From IMG/VR virus record IMGVR_UViG_3300032235_001020, positions 20,981-84,980 of that record: 64,000 bases of DNA; one strand, written 5' to 3'. Positions 9,788-19,053 of this stretch are shown here, piece by piece (within the stretch, counting starts at the first letter, position 1; each line of letters opens with the position of its first letter). The stretch is from a virus. The notes beneath the pieces were generated by a model. The model did not search any database. It worked only from the letters and a program-made list of their open reading frames with translations, and was not told where the DNA came from. A program made the position numbers and the translations under genes.

Positions 9788-10227
9788 TGGCTCCCCTGGG
9801 CGACTGGGGCTGGACGGGGGAGGCAGCGGAGCTGGACTGGTACTACCCGCTGGACCCAGGCCGGTACAACTATTCGCTTGCCTACGCCAAGGCCAGGCAG
9901 CTGGGGATCGAGCATGAGGCTGCCGTGCAGTCTGCGCAGCGTCAGGTCTACGGCGCGGTCAGGTCTAAGAACCCTCAGCCGGAGAATGCTGACAATCGGT
10001 CCTGGAGCGCTAAGCGGCTGTATTCCACGCTGCCTGCGTTGGGCGCCGCGCAAGCGGCAGTAGAGGAGCTGGAGGCAGCACCGGTCCCGCAGGCGCAAAG
10101 CGGTAGACGTATGGCCATGCGGTATGAGCTAGCTACCCTGGCCGCACTGGGTGGGGTGTATGCACTTTCTGCATTAAGTCAGCCAAGGGCCGAAGTGGAG
10201 CAGGAAAACTATGCGGGGGCGGTCTGA
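9787..10227 (+). CDS. Hypothetical protein with C-terminal hydrophobic helix
   Basis: Coupled ORF in the same operon. Confidence 0.65.
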   Translation: MAPLGDWGWTGEAAELDWYYPLDPGRYNYSLAYAKARQLGIEHEAAVQSAQRQVYGAVRSKNPQPENADNRSWSAKRLYSTLPALGAAQAAVEELEAAPVPQAQSGRRMAMRYELATLAALGGVYALSALSQPRAEVEQENYAGAV

Positions 10228-10514
10228 TGGCTGAGTCAATCCGGTATGCCGGCGAAGTCTTCCAGGGCTACAACAAGCCCAAGCGCACCCCGGGCGACAG
10301 CAAGAAGTTTGCGGTCCTGGTCAAGGATGATGAGGGAGAGAACAAGATCGTCAGGTTTGGTGATCCAAGAATGGAGAACTACCGCAATGGCCCTCGCGGT
10401 GAAGGCGGGCACGGCGATGAAGAGCGCAGGGAGGACTTCAAGCGCCGGCATAACTGCGATGAGAAAACAGACAGGACCACGCCAGGCTGGTGGAGCTGCC
10501 AGTGGAGCTGGTGA
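10227..10514 (+). CDS. Conserved small phage protein (KIVRFG...FKRRHNC...GWWSC family)
   Basis: Recognisable widespread phage motif set; N-terminal RYAG. Confidence 0.75.
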   Translation: MAESIRYAGEVFQGYNKPKRTPGDSKKFAVLVKDDEGENKIVRFGDPRMENYRNGPRGEGGHGDEERREDFKRRHNCDEKTDRTTPGWWSCQWSW

Positions 10515-10574
10515 GCCTAGAGATCCTGGCTCTAGTGGGCTTCTTAAGATAGGCAGAGTGCAATAAGTCCTGCA

Positions 10575-12002
10575 GTGCCTGGTCGGGAAGAAGCGCTAGA
10601 TCGTGCTCGTCGCGTGCGCTCAGTGGACATCATGGGGTTGGCTGGTGAGTTCGTCGAGCCATACGGCCTCGATGTGCAGCCTCCCCTGGAGAACGCACCA
10701 TTTCCGTTGCACGATGCAGGGCATCGCCGTGGCAATATTCCGGCCACTATTTACGGAGAGCTGCTTCAGAATGTTCACGACCATGCAGCTTTTGACAAGC
10801 TCTATGGTTCCGGAGCAATTCATGGGAGCCCGCCAAGCTACAGGGAAGGCGTGTCAGGTGAAGCTGGTGACGCTAGGCCGAGTTCATTTGTGAACTACGG
10901 GGGGATGGAGGACAAGAATCACTTCGATCAGCGCAGAGATCGCGCCGTCAGGATGGGAGCGACACCGGATGACTTCGAGGCTGGAGGTGAATATGGATGG
11001 GATGCAGCCGTTGCTCAGAAGATAACGGCTCAGCAAGCGGATCTCAGCAGGCTGATGAAGGTTGCGGAGGATCGATTCAGTAAGGGTGACTATACCTTCT
11101 TTCAAGGAGCTGGTGGGTACGACCCTGCGCAAGGGTTCATGCCATCTGTCGACCTGCGGAATACAAGAGAAGTGTCGCCAGAGGATGTCAATACTGCCAG
11201 GACTAGAGGCGAAGACTTTGCGACTGCCTTGCGCAAGGGCTACGACGATGCGGTAGCCAATGGTGAGTATCGCCCGCAGCGTGGCGTGACCGATGGGATG
11301 ATTCATGCTGCCGACCTATCGGATGCGGCCATGCAGGGCCAAGTCAACGTGGGTCGCGGATGGGCCGACGAGGGCTTCTTCCCATACAAGGACAGGGTGG
11401 GTGCGCTGTCGAATCCTCCAGCTCGGATTGCCCCGCGAGTCCTGGAATCGCCCGCTGCCCTGCGACAAGTGCTGGATCAAGCGGCTGAGGCCAGAAGTGC
11501 ACGCGACTTGAGCCGGTTGACTGGCGCGGTCCGAACCGGGGCTACTGCCACGACAGATATCGCCGGATCCGTCCCATTGTTTGACCCGGAATTTCGCAAT
11601 GCCGTTGAGACTGGAAACGTCCGCAAGGCGGGAGAGCAGGTAGCTAAGGAATACCTGGCTGGGACCCTTGCAGCCCCTCTAGTGGGTCTGGGAGCAGGGA
11701 CCCTGCAGCGCATGGCACCTCAGGTCGCGTCGAAAGCTCTGCCCATTGCCGCTGGAGCTGTGCGTACCGCCAACCCCGTAGCGGTCGTCTCTCAGCTGGG
11801 TGGCAGTAGCAAGCCGTCGCGCCGTCAGGTTGCTGTTGAGCGCAATCAAGATCCCGCCGCCTTCGGCGCCCAGGGTCCAAGCGCGGACCCCCAGCTGCTC
11901 AGGGCAGAGGCGGCACGTCGGCGTGGCGGTCGTTGGAAGATTGGCGGCTTTACTGTGCCTGATCTTGGGATCAGCGAAGCCGGGGGACTGCTCTTCCGTT
12001 AA
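10575..12002 (+). CDS. Hypothetical protein, possibly a virion protein
   Basis: 475-aa ORF after TAAGAT at 10545-10550. Confidence 0.7.
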   Translation: MPGREEALDRARRVRSVDIMGLAGEFVEPYGLDVQPPLENAPFPLHDAGHRRGNIPATIYGELLQNVHDHAAFDKLYGSGAIHGSPPSYREGVSGEAGDARPSSFVNYGGMEDKNHFDQRRDRAVRMGATPDDFEAGGEYGWDAAVAQKITAQQADLSRLMKVAEDRFSKGDYTFFQGAGGYDPAQGFMPSVDLRNTREVSPEDVNTARTRGEDFATALRKGYDDAVANGEYRPQRGVTDGMIHAADLSDAAMQGQVNVGRGWADEGFFPYKDRVGALSNPPARIAPRVLESPAALRQVLDQAAEARSARDLSRLTGAVRTGATATTDIAGSVPLFDPEFRNAVETGNVRKAGEQVAKEYLAGTLAAPLVGLGAGTLQRMAPQVASKALPIAAGAVRTANPVAVVSQLGGSSKPSRRQVAVERNQDPAAFGAQGPSADPQLLRAEAARRRGGRWKIGGFTVPDLGISEAGGLLFR

Positions 12003-12316
12003 CCCGCCTGGCCGCGGAACCACTTCTGCTTACTACTGAACCACTTCGCGAGAGTGGTGGGATCCTGGGGTCCAACCAGGTGATCGCTGGGGTCCGGTTC
12101 GCCCAGGTCGAGGGCCTGGCAAAAGGCATCGAGGCTGCCCTCCTGGACGTCGCCTTGGATGGCAGAGCGGCGTGCCTTGCGCAGCCAGCTGTCGACAGTG
12201 GGATTCAGGGAAGCCAGCTTCTGCAGCCAGGTCATGTCGCTGAGTTCGACTGCGGCTCCCTTGGCAATTCGATCGCAGATGAATTCAACGCGCAGCCTGG
12301 TTTGTGTCGACAGCAT
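11999..12316 (-). CDS. Conserved cyanobacterial/cyanophage hypothetical protein
   Basis: MLSTQTRLRVEFICDRIAKG...W...LRKARR; minus-strand TAGACT at 12338-12343. Confidence 0.7.
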   Translation of the reverse strand: MLSTQTRLRVEFICDRIAKGAAVELSDMTWLQKLASLNPTVDSWLRKARRSAIQGDVQEGSLDAFCQALDLGEPDPSDHLVGPQDPTTLAKWFSSKQKWFRGQAG

Positions 12317-12366
12317 CCAAATGCTGCATGTCTACGAAGTCTAGGAATTCCCTACCTGGAAACCCG

Positions 12367-13155
12367 TCAGGCGGGCTGAAGGATCTTGCAGTCGCCAGCC
12401 ATGGACTCCTGCTGTTCACGCTCAAGCTTTTCCTGTTCGATCAGCTCGTAGTACTTGCGGACCTTCTGCAGCCACTTGATGCGGTAGTGCACCAGGTCGT
12501 CGCCGTGCAGGTAGAAGGACTGATCAATCTCAGGCGTGGAGACCAGGATCTGAGCGCAGTCGATCTTGAGATCCAGGGTTTCCTTGCAGGCCAGGGCGTA
12601 GGCCGCTAGCTGCACGGAGCACTTGTTGAACTTGTTCCAGCCGGTGAAATTACTGCGGTCCTTGTCCTTGGGGTAGAAGCGACAGTACGGCTGGTTGCTG
12701 GTTTTGAAGTCAGCCAGGATCGTGACTCCATTGCGTACGCCGACCAGGTCCGGGCAGCCGGCATAGCCATGCTCATGCGACCAGATGCGGTGGATGCCAT
12801 CGTCGCCAGAGCAGAACTTCCACTCTGGGCGCAGAGGCTTTTCACTCCAGAGGAAGTAGTCGTATTTGTCGAGATGCTTGGCCAGACCGTCCCAGAACGG
12901 GCGGTATTCATCGGGGATCTCGGTGGGTAGGCCGCGGATGTAACGCTCACAGGCGTAGTGGACGGCAGTGCCCCGAGCAGCGGCTGCTTCCTTGCCGCCA
13001 GGGTTCTTGAGGCCCCAGTTGTAGAGGGCCTTCTTGCTGTGCTCAGATGCTGTCTTGCCGAGGATGGCGGTGACCGAGGCGTAGGCCTTGTTGGGATCGT
13101 CACCGGACCTGTAGAAGCGAGTGCCGTCTACCTCAAAACGTGTAGCGACACCCAC
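12367..13155 (-). CDS. PD-(D/E)xK exonuclease
   Basis: SVTAILG, RGTAVH, YAGCPDLV...LADFKTS, QLAAYA. Confidence 0.9.
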   Translation of the reverse strand: MGVATRFEVDGTRFYRSGDDPNKAYASVTAILGKTASEHSKKALYNWGLKNPGGKEAAAARGTAVHYACERYIRGLPTEIPDEYRPFWDGLAKHLDKYDYFLWSEKPLRPEWKFCSGDDGIHRIWSHEHGYAGCPDLVGVRNGVTILADFKTSNQPYCRFYPKDKDRSNFTGWNKFNKCSVQLAAYALACKETLDLKIDCAQILVSTPEIDQSFYLHGDDLVHYRIKWLQKVRKYYELIEQEKLEREQQESMAGDCKILQPA

Positions 13156-13202
13156 TCACCAGCATGCTGCTGTATGTAATGTAACGAGTTGCTACGTGAT
13201 GT

Positions 13203-13469
13203 CTATTTGGCGCTCTCGTCTGGGCAGTCAGACGCGGCCCCAGGGACGCCCTTGGTATCGCTCAAGTGGGCAATGGCCTGCACCGTGACGATGGGCGAGG
13301 GTCCGTAGCCGACGTTGACCTTCCATCGGCAGCCATCGGCATCCACCAGGCTGGTCATGCCGGCGTTGTCCCTGGCAATGATGAATAGGGCCGTCTTGGT
13401 GTCTTGATAAACAATATGCGCATCTTGCATAGCCCGCCAGTAGCGGTAGATCTCGAGCGGGCTACTCAT
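13203..13469 (-). CDS. Hypothetical protein
   Basis: Start reassigned to ATG 13469 (MSSPLEIY). Confidence 0.5.
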   Translation of the reverse strand: MSSPLEIYRYWRAMQDAHIVYQDTKTALFIIARDNAGMTSLVDADGCRWKVNVGYGPSPIVTVQAIAHLSDTKGVPGAASDCPDESAK

Positions 13470-13764
13470 GGCCAAAGACCTCGAGGCAGAGGGCACGCGC
13501 CTCGGGTGTGAGCGCGCCGCAAGGAGAGGGCTGGCCGAGGGAGTTTTGCTGAAGCAGCATCTGTGCAGCTTCCTGGAGCTTGGGCAGCTCTTCTGGATCG
13601 AGCAGGACGTGGCCCTCGGTGCCATGGGAGTCCTGCTTGACGGAGACGAAGAAGCCGCCGCCCATGTCGTCGAGCGAGACAACCGTGGCTTCCGGTGTGA
13701 CCAGAGGGTTGTCGCCCAGGCGGTGGATCGTGACCTGGGTGATGGTGCAGACGTAGTCGCTCAT
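13462..13764 (-). CDS. Hypothetical phage protein
   Basis: Start at ATG 13764 (MSDYVCTIT...LDDMGGGFFV). Confidence 0.6.
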   Translation of the reverse strand: MSDYVCTITQVTIHRLGDNPLVTPEATVVSLDDMGGGFFVSVKQDSHGTEGHVLLDPEELPKLQEAAQMLLQQNSLGQPSPCGALTPEARALCLEVFGHE

Positions 13765-14198
13765 GACTCTTCGCTGGGGGTGTCGCCCTGGTTCCAGGGG
13801 TCGTTGATCAGTTCGGTTTGCTCTTCGAGGTAGTCGTAACTGCCTTGCTGGGAGCGATAGGCCGAGAGTTCGTCGAGTAGCTGGCGGGCAAGCAGGGTGC
13901 CGCCCTTGATCAGTTCGTTGATGTCTGAGGCGCCCATGTCCATGCGCTGCGCCAGGAGCGGGCCCATCAGCGCCAGGTAGGCCAGGGTCATCTGGTCGCA
14001 CTGGTAAGCGGAGAAGGACGCACCGCCAGAGGTGAAGCCATTGACCAGATAGGTCAGATTCTCCAGCTGATCTGTGTGCATCCGCTGACCTTCCAGCACC
14101 TTGATCAGCAGCCGATTGGTCGTCTGCAGCTCGGCCAGCAGGAGCTTGCTGGTGTCAAAGAGGGTCAGATTCTCCGAAGTCGGAGGCAGTGAGGTCAT
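13761..14198 (-). CDS. Hypothetical protein
   Basis: Start at ATG 14198; ATGA-coupled to the next gene. Confidence 0.6.
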   Translation of the reverse strand: MTSLPPTSENLTLFDTSKLLLAELQTTNRLLIKVLEGQRMHTDQLENLTYLVNGFTSGGASFSAYQCDQMTLAYLALMGPLLAQRMDMGASDINELIKGGTLLARQLLDELSAYRSQQGSYDYLEEQTELINDPWNQGDTPSEES

Positions 14199-14627
14199 GA
14201 AAGATGTCTCCTTGGAGGGCGCGAGCCAGCAGCAGGGAGCAGCGCTGGATGTAGGGCACATGAGGCCAGGCCTCGTGAATGTCCTGGGCCTCATGGCGCT
14301 GCTGGACCGCGGCGACATCCCTGCTGTTGCGAGCCGCGCAGAGCTCCTCGAGGATCTGAGGGTCAGGCGCGGACGACAAGGATCGCTGGCTGGGGCTTGG
14401 AATCAATGTATCGGTAGTCGCTCAGCACGCCAAGGCTTGCAAGGTGAGCCAATGCAGATCGTTGCACGGACTCAGGTATGTCGGGCAGGGGCGCGAGCAA
14501 AAAGAGATCGCCGGACTCCGATTGCGCGAACGGCATCGTTCTGTTCATAGCCCGCTGGTAGTGGTCAGCAGCTGAGAGAAGGGCGCAGTCAGCAGTAGCG
14601 GGCATCGTTAGCGTAAGAGGACAGCGT

Positions 14628-14924
14628 GTGAGCCCCGGCATGAGCAATGCACACCCGGAGCGTGGGATAGACGACGGCCTTGAGCCCACCGTTGGGGAAC
14701 AGCTACGGCTCGCGCAATTTGTAAATGCGCTGGACCGAGCAAATGAGCAGGAGCTGAGGGAAATTGCCAAGCAAATGGCTCAGCAGGTGATGGTCACCTA
14801 CCCTTCAGCGTTGCGCTTCCTGGCGCGGGAAGCGGCTAGGAACCTATCGGGGCAGCAGTGGTCGCCAGAGTCTTCAGAGAAGCTGCTGGCGGCGCTGAGC
14901 GGCCCGGTTAAGGGGCCTCAATAG
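14628..14924 (+). CDS. Possible NblA-like protein (phycobilisome degradation adaptor)
   Basis: LEPTVGEQLRLAQFVNALDRANEQELREIAKQMAQQVMV fits the NblA two-helix pattern; similarity is remote. Confidence 0.4.
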   Translation: MSPGMSNAHPERGIDDGLEPTVGEQLRLAQFVNALDRANEQELREIAKQMAQQVMVTYPSALRFLAREAARNLSGQQWSPESSEKLLAALSGPVKGPQ

Positions 14925-15075
14925 TACCGGTGCATTGGCACTTTTGTGGCATTCCGGCAGGAGCTGGAAAGTCTATGCAGAAAGTGCAAGAGCCCTGCTG
15001 CGTGCTAGAGGCAGCAGGGCTAGATGCGTAGCTGATCTGCAGCATGGTGCTGCAAATGAGCACTGTGTATCGGTA
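14925..15075 (+). ncRNA. Candidate structured RNA (151 nt) filling the convergent intergenic gap
   Basis: 11-bp terminal stem with G-U pairs, 11-bp perfect hairpin, 7-bp hairpin, purine-rich GAAA/GGAA loops. Confidence 0.5.
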
Positions 15076-15076
15076 G

Positions 15077-15778
15077 TTACCAGCCCGCGGGCATGGCTTC
15101 TGCAGACACGGTGGCTACCTCGTGGTCGGCGCCCAGTTGATCGCGGTGCGTGGGAGGTAGGCCTTCAGGTCGGCCAGCATTGGGCTTGCCGGCGAAGGGG
15201 TCGCCGTTGACGTAGAGGGCAGGCAGCCAGATGGAATCAGCGACTTCGCTCCAGCGCTTCTCGTCGGCCTTGGTGGGCACCTTGAGGGTGGGGGTCAAGG
15301 TGTAGGCCGTGTTCATCTCAGTGCCCTTGCGCTTGAGGGTGAGATAGAAGTTGGCCACGCCGGAGGGCAGGATCTGGTAGTCCTCGAGGTTCAGGACCTC
15401 TTCAAGCTGCTCGCGCAGGTCCTTGCGCTGGAACGTGTAGATCAGGTAGTCGTCGTCTTCTTTGGACAGTCCGACGAAGGACAGGAAGTAGCGGGGCTTG
15501 TCCTTTTCGCCAGTGCCATTGGTCTTGCCGGCCCAGGTCAGACCGATCTCTTCGGCGAAGTTCTCGGGGTATTTGGGGAACTTGCGGGGCTGGCCGTCCA
15601 TCGTGAAGTAGGACCAGCCGGCAATCACGTGGCCGGTGTCGTGCAGGCCGCAGAGTCGGAAGGTGGTGGACTCGCCATCCTTGAGGCGCTGGCCTGGATC
15701 GAAGTAGCGGGTGCGCTTGGTGCCGGCGGTGTCAGTTGCGCCGGAAGTCGGGCGGTAGTCAGACGGTAGGAATCCCAT
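15077..15778 (-). CDS. Phage ssDNA-binding protein (gp32-like)
   Basis: YF...LKDGESTTFR...LKRKGTEMNTAYTLTP...LYVNGDPF pattern; replication context. Confidence 0.65.
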   Translation of the reverse strand: MGFLPSDYRPTSGATDTAGTKRTRYFDPGQRLKDGESTTFRLCGLHDTGHVIAGWSYFTMDGQPRKFPKYPENFAEEIGLTWAGKTNGTGEKDKPRYFLSFVGLSKEDDDYLIYTFQRKDLREQLEEVLNLEDYQILPSGVANFYLTLKRKGTEMNTAYTLTPTLKVPTKADEKRWSEVADSIWLPALYVNGDPFAGKPNAGRPEGLPPTHRDQLGADHEVATVSAEAMPAGW

Positions 15779-15796
15779 GGTTATGTCAGTAGGTGG

Positions 15797-16459
15797 TTAG
15801 TTGTTCCAGTCGCAGGGCATGTTGTCGGCGGTGTTAACAAAGTCCTCGTGGTCGTATCCCACGGCCTTGGTGCCAGCGGCGGGGTTGCTCGTGCCCTTGT
15901 TCCCGCGCCCGCGTTCAAAGGCGCGGATCGAGCGGCCTTTGACTTCGCTGTAGGGCTTCCCCTCGCGATTAGTACGTAGATCGAGGGTGCCCTCGACCAT
16001 GGCCAAGGTGCCGACGGGCAAGGAGATCAGCCGGTCCATGACGTAGCCGTAGCCACGCAGGGTGAACCAGTCGGTTACCTCTTCGCCATTGACCATGCGG
16101 TTGATGGCCAGCGAGCGAGATGCGGATTTGTTGGACTCAGCGACCCGTGCTTCTTTGGCCAGGCGGCCGGTGACCGTCACCTGGTTGATGTAGGCGTCGG
16201 GGGAGACATCGCAGAGGGTGTGAATGAACACAACCGTCTGACTGTCTTCGAGAAGAAGGTCGCCAGCGATGATCAGGGTCTGGCCTGCGGTCTTGGTCTT
16301 CAGGGCCTCGGCTGTCTTACTGCCTGATGCGCAACGCAATAGAACAGGAACCTGGTCCTTGCCGTTGGTTGCGGCAAAGACTTCCAGGACCTGCTTGCCG
16401 TGCGCGACGGTTTCGGCAGGTTGCGCCGCCAAGGCCACAACAAGAGTTGCGGTGCTCAC
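15797..16459 (-). CDS. ssb: SSB with tandem OB folds
   Basis: INQVTVTGRLAKE...LAINR...TDWF...G...VEGTL; N-terminal half is a degenerate second OB fold; acidic tail. Confidence 0.8.
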   Translation of the reverse strand: MSTATLVVALAAQPAETVAHGKQVLEVFAATNGKDQVPVLLRCASGSKTAEALKTKTAGQTLIIAGDLLLEDSQTVVFIHTLCDVSPDAYINQVTVTGRLAKEARVAESNKSASRSLAINRMVNGEEVTDWFTLRGYGYVMDRLISLPVGTLAMVEGTLDLRTNREGKPYSEVKGRSIRAFERGRGNKGTSNPAAGTKAVGYDHEDFVNTADNMPCDWNN

Positions 16460-16517
16460 GGAATTCGAGAAGGCGCAAGCCAGGCTAACCGGATTGCAAG
16501 ATCTGGCAAGCAGCTTG

Positions 16518-17123
16518 TCAGCCGAAGTGCTGGATCCAGTCGGGCAGGGCTGGGATCGGCTCGGCGGTCTGGGGCATGACCAGGATGATCAGCTCGATGG
16601 TCTCGCCCTGCAGCCGCAACGGACCGCCGTCGAAGGCCGAGAGCACCAGCGAGTCAGCGAGCAGTCCGGCCGCCTTGATGGCGCGCTCGAGGTAGGCGAC
16701 CCGGTACCGGCCAGCGGTTTCGCTGAGCGTGGGGGTGGCACTCCATCGCTGCACGCAGGCCGCCAGAGCGCTGTCGATGTCCGGGAAGGGGGTGATGCTG
16801 TGCTGGAGCGGCAGCTGTTTGCCGTTGTTGCTGCTGGTCTTGTAGTAGGTGGTGACCGTGGCCGTCTCGCCGTCGATCACGAGACCGCGCTCGGCAGTCT
16901 TGATGCCACTGCTGGCCTTGAGTAGCTCTGGGCTGGGGATGATGGTGATGGACTCATCGGCTGTGCCCTTGCGGTCAAAGCCAATGGCCGTCACCTTGCC
17001 CTGATCACTGGCAGCTAGGAGCACCCCGCCGCAGTGAGGGCGGATGTGCACCGACTGGTAGGGCGCGTAAGGCCCCGTGAAGGAACCCACGGCAGCCAGG
17101 AGGGCGGAGTTGAACTGCAGCAC
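16518..17123 (-). CDS. DNA sliding clamp (Pol III beta)-like protein
   Basis: SVHIRP..GGVLLAASDQG, FPDID, YLERAIKA...PLRL...LVMP resemble beta-clamp domains. Confidence 0.6.
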   Translation of the reverse strand: MLQFNSALLAAVGSFTGPYAPYQSVHIRPHCGGVLLAASDQGKVTAIGFDRKGTADESITIIPSPELLKASSGIKTAERGLVIDGETATVTTYYKTSSNNGKQLPLQHSITPFPDIDSALAACVQRWSATPTLSETAGRYRVAYLERAIKAAGLLADSLVLSAFDGGPLRLQGETIELIILVMPQTAEPIPALPDWIQHFG

Positions 17124-17405
17124 GAGCTCAGGCCTGAGTTGCCAGCTGGACGACGCCCTGGAGCTGGGCGGTCCGAGGCGCCCACTGCCAGCGGTAGGAG
17201 AGCTGGTTCTTCTGCATCAGGGCATTGGCCGGCTCCAGCTCGCCCAGGCCGAGCATGGGTTGCCAGGCCGGATCGAGGGGCTGGTTGGTGCGGATGTCGA
17301 CCATCAGGGCGCGGCGTCGCTCCATCGGGGAGTCTTGTGTCGGCCCTTCAGGCTAAGGAGGGTTGCAAGCCCCTTCATCATTTCGCACGATTTGTCTTAC
17401 GTAGC

Positions 17406-17651
17406 ATGGAGCTGGCCGCTTGGCTGAGGCAGATGGACCGGGGCGACGAAGAGCTGCTGAACCGTGCCTACGCGCGGCGGCATGAGCTGCTGGCTCAGCC
17501 GGAGACCAAGTGGGTGCGCATGACGCTGGAAGCGCGCGGCGTCACGTTTGTGCTGGAAGAGCGCACTGGTGTTGAGCGCATCGAGTGGATGCCCAGGCAG
17601 CAGGAGCCGGCAGATGGGGGCAGCGGCAATGGTGCCTACGACCGGGAGTAA
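17406..17651 (+). CDS. Hypothetical protein
   Basis: MELAAWLRQMD...; start approximate. Confidence 0.45.
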   Translation: MELAAWLRQMDRGDEELLNRAYARRHELLAQPETKWVRMTLEARGVTFVLEERTGVERIEWMPRQQEPADGGSGNGAYDRE

Positions 17652-17653
17652 CG

Positions 17654-17914
17654 ATGCCGGTCTGGTTGTGGCGATCGATTATCGGCGTGGCGTCGACAAC
17701 TGCCCTGCTGGTGATCATGCAGTGGGCGGCATGCACGTTCTATGTGATGCCGAAGATCTGGCCCTGGTATGCCAAGTACAAGGGCACAGCCATCGCTGAG
17801 AAGATCGAGATGCCACCGGTGGGATGTGATGACGCCAGCGGCCGCTCCGTAGCAGCGCTGATGGCACTTCTGACTACATTGATCTCATTGAGTCGCCAGG
17901 CCGACGACCGCTAA
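17654..17914 (+). CDS. Small protein with two hydrophobic segments
   Basis: MPVWLWRSIIGV...LMALLTTLISL. Confidence 0.55.
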   Translation: MPVWLWRSIIGVASTTALLVIMQWAACTFYVMPKIWPWYAKYKGTAIAEKIEMPPVGCDDASGRSVAALMALLTTLISLSRQADDR

Positions 17915-17920
17915 AGACCG

Positions 17921-18298
17921 ATGGAAACAACAGACTCTGACCTGATGAGCCTTGATGAGCACGAGCCGGTCTTTCATATCGAAGACGATGGGCTTGGCAT
18001 CAAGGGCTATGAGATTGATGGTCGGTTCATCGTGGACTTTGACTGGGAGCCCGGCAGCCAGTGGGAATTCCTGGACGACGAAGAAGCATTCCAGGACTAC
18101 GTGGCTCGCTGGCTCGAGGTGATGACCGGTGAACCCATGAGCGCCGTTGAGGTCAAGGCGCTCCAGGTCGCACGTGAATCGGGTGCTGCTGAGCAAGCGA
18201 TCTGTCCGATGCCATCAGGGCAGGATCTTGCTGGCAATGAAGATGGCAAGGATGCCGATGCCGGAGAGTGCGCCTGCGACTTCAAGCAGGTTCAGTAA
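17921..18298 (+). CDS. Acidic hypothetical protein
   Basis: 125-aa ORF with FDWEPGSQWEFL. Confidence 0.55.
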   Translation: METTDSDLMSLDEHEPVFHIEDDGLGIKGYEIDGRFIVDFDWEPGSQWEFLDDEEAFQDYVARWLEVMTGEPMSAVEVKALQVARESGAAEQAICPMPSGQDLAGNEDGKDADAGECACDFKQVQ

Positions 18299-18605
18299 CT
18301 GCGGATCCATCGGTAAGAGCGGGGAGATCCTCCTGGAGGCATAGGTCGTAGAAGCCTGCGACCTTGCGCATGGCCTCGACGTTCCTGCACTCGTTGAAGG
18401 CGAGTTGGGTGCCACCGCGCATGATCTGCTCCTCCTGGAACCCAGCTGATGCGAGCACCCGCTCGAACAAGTGGAACCAGGCATGCACGGAGCAGTCACT
18501 CATTTCGGTGCTGATCGTTGTGGTGATCGCATTGGGATCATCCAGGCCATCACCGCCTGAAGTTTCGACGGTGATGGAGAGCTTGGTGAAGTGCTCGTTC
18601 GACAT
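18282..18605 (-). CDS. Hypothetical protein
   Basis: 107-aa ORF. Confidence 0.55.
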   Translation of the reverse strand: MSNEHFTKLSITVETSGGDGLDDPNAITTTISTEMSDCSVHAWFHLFERVLASAGFQEEQIMRGGTQLAFNECRNVEAMRKVAGFYDLCLQEDLPALTDGSAVTEPA

Positions 18606-18775
18606 GAAGTCAGGGACTGATCAAGTAAGCGCATGTGCTGCCCGACCTGCGAAAGGTCTCGGCATGTGGGGTTGGGCCAGCAACATGACGATCAGTCCAA
18701 CGTACACAGCAAGTGCGCTGACTGCAGGTGCTGTCGTGACAGCGGCACATGTCCAGCGGTAAACGGGTGCGAGGT

Positions 18776-18940
18776 TCAGTCGGGAGGGGGAGCATAGTTA
18801 AAGACGTAGGGATTGTCTCCTGGATCCGGCAAGCCGCGGACGATGGCGCAGGCGCGGGTATAGAAGGGTGAGCTGGTCTTACCTGCCGCTTCCAATGCAG
18901 CCTTGACCTTCGCCCAGTTCTCGTGATTGGTGCTGTCGAT
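18776..18940 (-). CDS. Small cyanophage-type protein (NWAKVKAALEAAGKT family), possible ATC start
   Basis: Paralogue at 30577-30717; TAGCGT -10 box upstream. Confidence 0.6.
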   Translation of the reverse strand: MDSTNHENWAKVKAALEAAGKTSSPFYTRACAIVRGLPDPGDNPYVFNYAPPPD

Positions 18941-19009
18941 GAGCCTGAGAACGGCTCGCCATACGCTAGTGAAAAACAGATGTGACATTTGATGCACTGT
19001 TGGTGCAAT

Positions 19010-19035
19010 AAAAAAGCCGGCCTGGTGGGGCCGGC
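19010..19035 (-). terminator. Rho-independent terminator
   Basis: GCCGGCC/GGCCGGC stem + T6, followed by a degenerate CAACAGTGCAT box. Confidence 0.8.
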
Positions 19036-19053
19036 GTGATGGGCGGATGTGAT

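Noticed and set aside
14960-14990. GGAAAGTCTATGC...GAAAGTGCA resembles RNase P RNA conserved segments
   Set aside because: The element is only about 150 nt and lacks the 3' P4 partner sequence.
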